A stretch of DNA of 51,802 nt, taken from NCBI GenBank assembly GCA_036564195.1, contig DATCLA010000234.1, positions 1 through 51,802 on the forward strand, written 5' to 3'. Positions 44,815 to 51,802 of this stretch are shown one piece after another. The position numbers and the translations under genes are program-made. Origin of the DNA: Bacillota bacterium (GTDB lineage: Bacteria > Bacillota > UBA4882 > UBA8346). Position 1 is the first letter of the stretch. Every line of letters starts with the position of its first letter. The notes under the pieces were generated by a model that had not been told where the DNA came from, searched no databases, and was given only the letters and a program-made list of their open reading frames with translations.

Positions 44815-47142
44815 ATGAAACGGCTGATCAGACTATTGTTGCTGCTACTAGTTTTAGGCTATAGTTTTGGATCACAGCTCCGGATTGCGGCAGCAACCTA
44901 TAATTACGGCGAGGTATTGCAAAAAGCGATCTATTTTTATGAATGCCAGCAGTCCGGGCCCTTGCCTGAATGGAACCGGGTAGAATGGCGGGGCGATTCC
45001 GGAATGAACGACTATGTGCTGGGCGGCTGGTATGATGCGGGCGATCATGTAAAATTTGGCCTACCAATGTCTGCCTCAGCGGGAATGCTGGCTTGGGCTG
45101 CTTATGAATACCGGGATGCTTTTGAAACCGTGGGTCAATGGGAGACTCTGACTAATAATCTCCGTTTTGTCATGGATTATTTTGTAAAATGTCACCAAGG
45201 TAACACTTTTGTCTATCAGATTGGCGATGGCAGCGCCGATCATTCCTGGTGGGGACCGGTGGAAGTAATTGAAGAAAAGATGGACCGGCCTTATTATACC
45301 ACGACTGCTTCCTGTGTGACCGGCTGTACCGCCGCCACCTTGGCTATTGGTTACCTGGTTTTTAAGGACCCTACCTACTTAAAGCATGCCGAGGAACTGT
45401 TTATTATGGCCGACAGCACCAAAAGCGATGCCGGTTATACTGCGGCCAACGGTTACTATGCTTCGCATAGCGGTTTCTGGGACGAGCTGATCTGGGCGGC
45501 TACCTGGCTATATCTGGCCACCGGTGATGAGGCCTATCTCAGTAAAGCCGAAAGTTATGTGCCCAATCTATCGAAACAGGGCTATACTGCTGATGCGCCG
45601 ATTGAATATAAATGGACCCAAAGCTGGGACGACAAACGTTACGGAGCTTTACTGCTTTTGGCCAGAATTACCGGGAAACAGCTCTATATTGAGGCTACTG
45701 AAAGATACCTGGACTATTGGACAGTAGGATACAATGGCGAACGGATCACTTATACCCCCGGCGGACTAGCCTGGCTGGATACCTGGGGCTGCCTGCGTTA
45801 CGCCGCCAATACCGCCTTTATGGCTGCCATCTATAGCGATTGGGTAACCGATACCGTTAAAAAAACCCGTTATCAGAATTTTGTTAAGAGCCAAATTAAC
45901 TATATCTTAGGGAGCAATCCGCGGAACTCCAGTTATGTGGTGGGGTTCGGCAACAATCCGCCGCAACACCCGCACCACCGGACCGCTCACGGTTCTTGGT
46001 GCGCGCTGATGAATCAACCGGCTAACCACCGCCATATTATTTACGGTGCTTTGGTGGGTGGACCCGACTCAAATGATGCTTATAACGACGCCATTACCGA
46101 TTATATCTGCAATGAAGTTGCCTGTGACTATAATGCGGGGTTCATTGGCGCTTTGGCCAAGATGATCCAATGGTACGGCGGTTCATCACTGAAAAATTTC
46201 CCGCCGCCGGAAAAACGGGAACCGGAGATCTTTACCCAGATTTGCGCCAATACTTACGGTGCTTACTCGGAGATTCGCTTACAAATGAATAACCGTTCCG
46301 GCTGGCCGGCCCGGGTTAGCGACAAGTTGTCCTGCCGTTACTATGTAGATTTAACCGAAGTTTTTGCCAGCGGTTTAACCATTAACGATGTTCATGCCAA
46401 GATCTCAAGTACGATAGCGAAAATCTCCGGTTTTCAGCATTACCGGGGTAATATTTATTATGTAGTAATCGACTTCAGCGGGACCAAAATCTATCCCGGC
46501 GGGATGAACGAGTATTTTAAGGAGATCCAGTTTCAGATCGGCCTGACCTCGGGTCCCCCGTCAGGCTGGGATCCAACCAATGACTTCTCTTACCAGAGCT
46601 CGGGCCCGTCCACGTTTGTGATGGCGGAGAATATCCCAGTTTATGATCAGGGGGTGTTGGTCTTTGGTAAGGAGCCTGATGGTTCGGGAGTTACACCATC
46701 ACCGCATCCAACGGGGACAGTATCGCCGACCTCGATTCCTCCGACGGTACCGCCGACTCAAAGTCCCAGCCCGAGTCCGAGTCCGAGCCAGACTCCGGTT
46801 CCGACTCCGACCCTGACCGTAACCGGCGCTACAGTTAACTATTCAATGAACGACTGGGGTAGCGGCGCAACGGTCACCATTACCATTAGTAATATTGGGA
46901 CTGCTGCAATTAACAATTGGGAACTTAAGTTTAACTTCCCGGGGAATCAAAAGATCACCAACTTGTGGTGTGCCCAGTATTCCCAAAACGGCGCCGCAGT
47001 TACTGTGATTAATGAAGCCTGGAACGGTACAATTCCGCCCGGTGCCTCGGTTAGCTTTGGCTTTAATATCAGCTACAGCGGGACCAATGGCAGACCGACG
47101 CTATTTACCCTAAATGGGGTGCCGGTATCTTTAACAAATTAA
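44815..47142 (+). CDS. Secreted GH9 endoglucanase with CBM3c and C-terminal CBM2 (paralogue of 20016)
   Basis: The ATG at 44815 lies 8 nt after GAAGGAGG; the track's GTG at 44797 overlaps that RBS. GH9 motifs: [68 protein letters not shown]3c reads [42 protein letters not shown]/(SP)n linker leads to CBM2 (46828-47139). Confidence 0.92.
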   Translation: MKRLIRLLLLLLVLGYSFGSQLRIAAATYNYGEVLQKAIYFYECQQSGPLPEWNRVEWRGDSGMNDYVLGGWYDAGDHVKFGLPMSASAGMLAWAAYEYRDAFETVGQWETLTNNLRFVMDYFVKCHQGNTFVYQIGDGSADHSWWGPVEVIEEKMDRPYYTTTASCVTGCTAATLAIGYLVFKDPTYLKHAEELFIMADSTKSDAGYTAANGYYASHSGFWDELIWAATWLYLATGDEAYLSKAESYVPNLSKQGYTADAPIEYKWTQSWDDKRYGALLLLARITGKQLYIEATERYLDYWTVGYNGERITYTPGGLAWLDTWGCLRYAANTAFMAAIYSDWVTDTVKKTRYQNFVKSQINYILGSNPRNSSYVVGFGNNPPQHPHHRTAHGSWCALMNQPANHRHIIYGALVGGPDSNDAYNDAITDYICNEVACDYNAGFIGALAKMIQWYGGSSLKNFPPPEKREPEIFTQICANTYGAYSEIRLQMNNRSGWPARVSDKLSCRYYVDLTEVFASGLTINDVHAKISSTIAKISGFQHYRGNIYYVVIDFSGTKIYPGGMNEYFKEIQFQIGLTSGPPSGWDPTNDFSYQSSGPSTFVMAENIPVYDQGVLVFGKEPDGSGVTPSPHPTGTVSPTSIPPTVPPTQSPSPSPSPSQTPVPTPTLTVTGATVNYSMNDWGSGATVTITISNIGTAAINNWELKFNFPGNQKITNLWCAQYSQNGAAVTVINEAWNGTIPPGASVSFGFNISYSGTNGRPTLFTLNGVPVSLTN
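46828..47139 (+). repeat. CBM2 cassette copy 12 (both canonical Cys lost; only the WC Cys retained)
   Basis: [56 protein letters not shown]. Confidence 0.9.
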
Positions 47143-47337
47143 CCTCTTTTTGCGGGGTTAAACCCGCACTGACTTCATGACTGGCTGTTTGACAGAAACA
47201 TTTTTGGGATAGGTATCAGTTAAGCGCGGGGTGAAGGATATCAAGGCAATAACAGTCTGCTTTTGCCTCGCACTTTCTTCATATTAACTCACTGCCGACA
47301 GTTGGTATAAATCTGAAACAGAAGGAGATGATTTCAA

Positions 47338-50109
47338 ATGAAGCAAAATAATGAATTTTCAGCTAAGATCTGCCCTAAAACTGGTAAAGTGATTAAAATA
47401 AGCCGTTCTGACCAGGCCCGGCGGAGCTGGTGGTTTCCCATTGCCGGACTGATTGGGTTTATTTGGTTTGCAATCCGGGTAATTCCCAAACCAAGCCGGG
47501 CAACTTATCCGTGTCAAAGAGCGGCTTTTCCGTTAGCGGCTTCATTTATTCTTTGGTTAACCGGTTTATGCGGCGGAGCGCTGGCTTTCCGCCGACTGAA
47601 GCAGTACTTCTTAAAGTCATCTCGCCTAGTAGGGGCTCTCAGTATGCTGGCCTTGACTGCCATCACCTGCTTTACCCTTCATTTTTTGCCTGGTAAAGCC
47701 GACGCTGCACCGGTTCGTCTGGCAACCTCTACGGTAGCGATTGTCCAGTCCTCCCAAGCCAACGCCAGTAATATTCAATATGATGAGATTAGGTCGATGG
47801 TTCGAAAGGCAGTTGATTTAGCCGGGGGACTGTCCGGTATAGTCAAAAACGGTGATGTGGTAGTCATCAAGCCTAACCTGGTATCATACAACAGTAACGG
47901 CCGGATTCTAGCAGCAGAGGTCAACGGGAACACTACCGATTGGCGGGTTACCAAAGCAGTAGTGGAACTGGTCCGTGAGCTCAATCCCAGCGGTAAAATT
48001 TATATAATGGAAGGTTCATCAGTCCCGACCCAGGAAGCATTTAACATTCTAAAATATACCTCGGCTAATATCCCCGAAGCGGATCTGATTGTTCCGATCG
48101 AGACGGATAGCGGCGCTTGGCAGGATACTAACTCGACCGGACTAGTTAAGGTTAGTTTACCTGATGGCCTGCTCCATAAGGAATACTATCTGAACCGCAA
48201 GATTAAAGAGGCCGATGTGCTCATTAGCCTGTCATGCCTGAAGACCCATTGGAGTGCCGGTTTTACCGGAAGCTGTAAAAACATTGGGATTGGGGCAACC
48301 CCGGGTAACATTTACGGTATCTCTTCCGGTAATCCGCACCGTAATAATATGGTTACTCATGATAATACTGCCGGTGACCTTCATAAGTGGATCCGTGACT
48401 ACTATAAGTGCCGTCCGGCTGATTTTACCATCATAGATGGCCTGCAGGGATTGCAAAACGGGCCGATCAGTGCTAACAGTTCCGACCAGATGAATATGCG
48501 GTTGATCCTGGCCGGTAAAGATGCAGTAGCGGTAGATACCATCTGTGGGCTGGTCATGAACTGGGATCCGGAAAGCATTGATTATTTGAAATATTTAAAC
48601 AGTGACTCCCTTGGCAATTTAGACACAGCCTGCATTAATGTGGTAGGCAAAAAAGTTGATGAAGTGCGTAAAAGTTTTGCCGGTCGAACACCGGTGGCCG
48701 GAGGTTCCAAAATTACCGATACAGCTCCGCCAAGCTTGACGGTTAATTCGGTTTCACTCCAAGGTAGCATGTTGAATATCTCTTTGGCAACCAGTGCCGA
48801 CACTGTTAAAGTAGAGATCTATCTGGATGGTGTCTTGCAATTGCCGGTATCGGTCTCCAACTTTAGTAATATCACCATTAATACCAACGGGCTTGCCCCC
48901 GGGAGCCATACCGTGAGTGTTAACGCCTACGACCGTTTCTTGAACCGTGCCGAAAAGACGGTCACTGTTAACAGCCAGGGCAGTACTACTCCAGGCAATT
49001 CTCCCAGTCCTACTCCGCTAGTCCCCGGTAACTACAACGCTCCCCGGGCTGTTCAAGCTCCGGTCATTGACGGGCTGGGTAATGATAGTTGCTGGGCTGA
49101 GGCGTCCTGGAGCAGTATTAGTTTTGTCTGGCTGGGGAGCAGCCCGTCACCATCGGATTTCAGCGGCCGTTACAAGATAGTCTGGACCCCCGAGCGGCTC
49201 TACTATTTAGTTGAAATTACCGATGATGTTTTCTCAGCGCCCTATACCAATCCGTTGATTAATTATTATAACAATGACTGTGTGGAGTTGTTTATCGATG
49301 AAGATTGTTCCGGGGGCGAACATACTAACAACCATAACGCCTTTGCCTATCATATTCAACGTAATGGCGCTGTGACGGACAACTCAACCTCCGGAAACCC
49401 CAAGACCTTTAACGACCATGTTGAAGTACAAGTAACCCAAAATGGCAATGTCTATACCTGGGAAATTGCTGTAAAGGTCTTTCCGGATACTTATAATGAA
49501 AACAACAGCAACAATCAACCGGTTAATTTAACCGCCGGAAAAGTCCTCGGATTTGGAGTTGCCTACAATGACAACGACGGCGGCAGTACCCGGGAGAATT
49601 TTATCGGCTCAATGGAGATCTCCGGTACTGATAAAAACGTCGCTTATAAAAATGCCAGTGTCTTTGGGAAACTGCAATTAATCGATAACAGTACCGTGCC
49701 TTCTCCGTCAGCAACATCATCAGTAACAGCGTCGCCGCCGGAACCAACGGCGCTTACTCCCAGTCCAACTTCATCAGTTCCGCCAACCAATGGCTGTACG
49801 GTAACATATACAATCCAAAATGACTGGGGCAGCGGGGCCACGGTGAACGTTACGCTAAAAAATAACCAAACAACAGCGATTACTGGTTGGACTTTGGTCT
49901 GGAACTTTGGGGGTAACCAGAAAATTACCAACCTGTGGAACGGTACGTTTAACCAAAGCGGGACGGAGGTTACAGTAAAAAATGCCGCTTATAATGGGAC
50001 GATCGCTCCTAACGGCATGGTAACTTTCGGATTTAACCTGACGTACAGCGGGACCAATAGCAAACCGGCGAGTTTTAGGTTGAACGGTGCTGTTTGTCAG
50101 GTTCTATAA
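47338..50109 (+). CDS. Multi-domain protein: N-terminal TM segments, DUF362 domain, Ig-like domain, CBM9-like domain, CBM2
   Basis: 923 aa with three N-terminal hydrophobic segments. The last ends in a signal-peptidase-like site (GKADA-AP).
- DUF362-type core: [62 protein letters not shown].
- Ig-like module: [33 protein letters not shown].
- CBM9-like module: [61 protein letters not shown]. This tracks the Thermotoga Xyn10A CBM9 pattern as I recall it.
- A linker, then CBM2 (49795-50106). Confidence 0.8.
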   Translation: MKQNNEFSAKICPKTGKVIKISRSDQARRSWWFPIAGLIGFIWFAIRVIPKPSRATYPCQRAAFPLAASFILWLTGLCGGALAFRRLKQYFLKSSRLVGALSMLALTAITCFTLHFLPGKADAAPVRLATSTVAIVQSSQANASNIQYDEIRSMVRKAVDLAGGLSGIVKNGDVVVIKPNLVSYNSNGRILAAEVNGNTTDWRVTKAVVELVRELNPSGKIYIMEGSSVPTQEAFNILKYTSANIPEADLIVPIETDSGAWQDTNSTGLVKVSLPDGLLHKEYYLNRKIKEADVLISLSCLKTHWSAGFTGSCKNIGIGATPGNIYGISSGNPHRNNMVTHDNTAGDLHKWIRDYYKCRPADFTIIDGLQGLQNGPISANSSDQMNMRLILAGKDAVAVDTICGLVMNWDPESIDYLKYLNSDSLGNLDTACINVVGKKVDEVRKSFAGRTPVAGGSKITDTAPPSLTVNSVSLQGSMLNISLATSADTVKVEIYLDGVLQLPVSVSNFSNITINTNGLAPGSHTVSVNAYDRFLNRAEKTVTVNSQGSTTPGNSPSPTPLVPGNYNAPRAVQAPVIDGLGNDSCWAEASWSSISFVWLGSSPSPSDFSGRYKIVWTPERLYYLVEITDDVFSAPYTNPLINYYNNDCVELFIDEDCSGGEHTNNHNAFAYHIQRNGAVTDNSTSGNPKTFNDHVEVQVTQNGNVYTWEIAVKVFPDTYNENNSNNQPVNLTAGKVLGFGVAYNDNDGGSTRENFIGSMEISGTDKNVAYKNASVFGKLQLIDNSTVPSPSATSSVTASPPEPTALTPSPTSSVPPTNGCTVTYTIQNDWGSGATVNVTLKNNQTTAITGWTLVWNFGGNQKITNLWNGTFNQSGTEVTVKNAAYNGTIAPNGMVTFGFNLTYSGTNSKPASFRLNGAVCQVL
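49795..50106 (+). repeat. CBM2 cassette copy 13 (variant subtype: NLWNGTF, AAYNG)
   Basis: [73 protein letters not shown]. Only the two canonical Cys are present. It has one extra residue before NDW. Confidence 0.9.
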
Positions 50110-50166
50110 AATACCTGGAATTAGATGCTCAATCGTAGTTGCTTAATTGAATAACGGAAAAACCAT

Positions 50167-50235
50167 AAAACTGTGAAAAAGACGGCATCCGGATTGTTTT
50201 GTCGGAACGGATTTCTTTTTCACAGTTTTTGTTGC
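50167..50235 (+). terminator. Strong terminator closing the glycoside-hydrolase array
   Basis: AAAACTGTGAAAAAGA (50167-50182) pairs perfectly with TCTTTTTCACAGTTTT (50214-50229). That is a 16-bp stem around a 31-nt loop, followed by TGTTGC, with Ts already inside the 3' arm. Confidence 0.75.
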
Positions 50236-50273
50236 AGAACTTGCTGGCAGAGTTGAAAGTTTTAGTTTTCGGC

Positions 50274-50301
50274 TTGACAGACCATTAAATTATGATAAAA
50301 T
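50274..50301 (+). promoter_or_regulatory. Sigma-A-type promoter for the perR-rbr operon
   Basis: -35 TTGACA (50274-50279), a 16-nt spacer, then an extended -10 TGATAAAAT (-10 hexamer TAAAAT at 50296-50301). It lies about 70 nt upstream of the GTG start. Confidence 0.6.
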
Positions 50302-50340
50302 AGGAAATATAATTAATACAAATTTAAAATAATAATAAAT

Positions 50341-50355
50341 TAGTAATAATTACCG
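50341..50355 (+). promoter_or_regulatory. Candidate Fur/PerR-type 7-1-7 operator
   Basis: TAGTAAT-A-ATTACCG is an imperfect inverted repeat (core GTAAT-A-ATTAC is perfect). It sits in an AT-rich tract between the promoter and the regulator gene. It resembles the TNATAAT-N-ATTATNA class of boxes. Confidence 0.4.
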
Positions 50356-50370
50356 GAAGAAGGTCTATCA

Positions 50371-50793
50371 GTGGACAGTCGGAACGCAAACTATGGAGCC
50401 AGCCTGATCAAGAAGGGGATTAAACCTTCGTATTCCCGGCTTAAAATATTGGAATATCTGATTAATCATCCGGTCCATCCCACTGCGGATCAAATCTATC
50501 AACACCTGATCGGAGAACTGCCGACTTTATCAAAGACTACAATCTATAATACTTTAAAACTCTTAGTCGATGCCGGGCTGGCGATGGTAGTGACTATTGA
50601 TGATACAGAAACCCGCTATGACGGCAATCCTACTCCTCATGGCCATTTTAAATGCAACGGATGTAGAGAGATCTATGATTTTAAGTTTGATGCCGACCAT
50701 TTAGTGATTGAGGATTTGGAAGGGTTTGTAATCAATACTAAAGATGTTTATTTTAGAGGTACTTGTCCAAAGTGCTTTAAAAATAAAGATTAA
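50371..50793 (+). CDS. perR: Fur-family transcriptional regulator, PerR-like
   Basis: 140 aa, GTG start. Winged-helix region: RLKILEYLINHPVHPTADQIYQHL..LSKTTIYNTLKLLVDAGL. Metal-site residues: HGHFKC. Structural Zn Cys pairs: CNGC ... CPKC. It is directly followed by rubrerythrin. Confidence 0.85.
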   Translation: MDSRNANYGASLIKKGIKPSYSRLKILEYLINHPVHPTADQIYQHLIGELPTLSKTTIYNTLKLLVDAGLAMVVTIDDTETRYDGNPTPHGHFKCNGCREIYDFKFDADHLVIEDLEGFVINTKDVYFRGTCPKCFKNKD

Positions 50794-50812
50794 AAATTAG
50801 GAGGTAGTATTG

Positions 50813-51406
50813 ATGAAAAGTTTAAAAGGTACTAAAACTGCGGAAAATCTGTTGAAGGCTTTTGCCGGGGAATCCCAGGCGCGTAACAGGTACACCTATT
50901 ATGCTTCGGTGGCAGATAAGGAAGGTTTCAAGCAGATCAAAAATATCTTCATTGAAACCGCAGACAATGAGAAGGAACACGCTAAACGGTTTTATAAGTT
51001 TTTGCTTGCCGGACTCGAGGGAGAACTGCCGGCCACGATTGAAATTACCGCCGGTTACCCGGTGGCTCAAGGTTCAACCCTTGACAACCTAAAAGCCGCT
51101 GCCAGCGGTGAAAAAGAAGAATGGTCCGACCTTTATCCGTCCTTTGCCAAAGTGGCCGATGCGGAAGGCTTTTCGGAGATTGCTACTGCCTTCCGGATGA
51201 TTGCCACCGCCGAACAACGGCACGAAATCCGCTATAATAAATTGGCTGCCAATGTAGCTAACGGTACAGTTTTCAAAAAAGACGGCAAGGTGTTTTGGAA
51301 ATGCGGCAACTGTGGCTATGTTCACGAAGGGCCGGAAGCGCCGGAAAAGTGTCCTGCCTGTCTCCATCCCCAAGCCTATTTTGAGGTGTTTGTCGAAAAC
51401 TATTAA
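50813..51406 (+). CDS. rbr: Rubrerythrin
   Basis: A four-helix-bundle diiron domain carries ExxH motifs (EKEHAKRF, AEQRHEIRY) and the N-terminal GTKTAENLLKAFAGESQARNRYTYY. The C-terminus is a rubredoxin-like knuckle (WKCGNCGY..CPAC). The ATG at 50813 follows AGGAGG. Confidence 0.95.
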   Translation: MKSLKGTKTAENLLKAFAGESQARNRYTYYASVADKEGFKQIKNIFIETADNEKEHAKRFYKFLLAGLEGELPATIEITAGYPVAQGSTLDNLKAAASGEKEEWSDLYPSFAKVADAEGFSEIATAFRMIATAEQRHEIRYNKLAANVANGTVFKKDGKVFWKCGNCGYVHEGPEAPEKCPACLHPQAYFEVFVENY

Positions 51407-51430
51407 TCGTTATTTTTGTCATTGCTTAAA

Positions 51431-51480
51431 AACCCAATATTCGGGGGAGAAAACCCCCGGATATTGGGTTTTATTATTTT
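51431..51480 (+). terminator. Rho-independent terminator of rbr
   Basis: AACCCAATATTCGGGGG (51431-51447), loop AGAAAA, then CCCCCGGATATTGGGTT (51454-51470), with one G-U pair. It is followed by TTATTATTTT. Confidence 0.85.
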
Positions 51481-51802
51481 CTAATGCTCCCGGGATAGAG
51501 CAACTGTTCTGTGTCTGCTGCAGAATAAAATCAGCCATTCCAATCTAAATTTATAAATTTACCTAAGTAACGCAGAACAATTGCAACATGGTTTAAAACA
51601 GTCGGTAGATCAAAATGAATCGCTAAATGAATGGTAAATAGTTGACGACAATTGATTTTAAAATTTATTAATTACCGGTAAAATCTTCTTCGTTAAGTAA
51701 CCGGTCCCGTTTACCGGCGGGACGGGCTGCTGGAATTTTGAAATAATTGACCGATGCCGCTCAAAAATATAGGAATAAACTGGCTATTAAGACATATTAA
51801 GC

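Noticed and set aside
2059-50106. Regularly recurring repeats (279-bp tandem units; ~310-nt cassettes every 1.8-3 kb) were checked as possible CRISPR arrays or mobile-element repeats.
   Set aside because: Both repeat classes are in-frame protein-coding modules. Their sizes and spacings are wrong for CRISPR. No cas, transposase, integrase or terminal inverted repeats were seen anywhere in the window.
15953-50109. Calling the hydrolase array a horizontally acquired genomic island.
   Set aside because: There is no integrase, tRNA attachment site, flanking direct repeats or obvious compositional break that I can establish by eye. Only the CBM2 cassette type hints at foreign ancestry. Synteny comparison would be needed.

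Overview
All family calls below come from reading motifs by eye; no homology search was run. This is bacterial chromosomal DNA with Firmicute-style signals (strong GGAGG ribosome-binding sites, frequent TTG/GTG starts).

The left flank (1-15.2 kb) holds:
- the 3' part of a very large beta-helical repeat exoprotein, followed by a ShlB/FhaC-type (TpsB) transporter, a small unknown ORF and an OmpH/Skp chaperone. Together these imply an outer membrane;
- a roughly 900-bp decayed non-coding stretch;
- carB, ubiE/menG, an S8 peptidase and prfC.

From 15.95 to 50.1 kb there is an uninterrupted, same-strand array of 15 intact genes (plus one decayed remnant). Fourteen encode secreted plant-cell-wall-targeted proteins: 7 GH9, 3 GH5, and one each of GH48, GH74, GH3 and a DUF362 protein. 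Thirteen of these end in the same linker plus CBM2 cellulose-binding cassette. The fifteenth gene is a membrane-anchored parvulin PPIase. There is also one frameshifted GH5-like remnant. I found no dockerin, cohesin or SLH modules.

The CBM2 cassettes form a dispersed nucleotide repeat. Neighbouring copies are almost identical, which points to gene conversion.

The most unusual gene encodes a multi-TM protein with DUF362, Ig-like, CBM9-like and CBM2 parts at the end of the array. It is a candidate new cellulose-directed activity.

The right flank is a perR-rubrerythrin oxidative-stress operon. I saw no rRNA, tRNA, CRISPR array or transposase.
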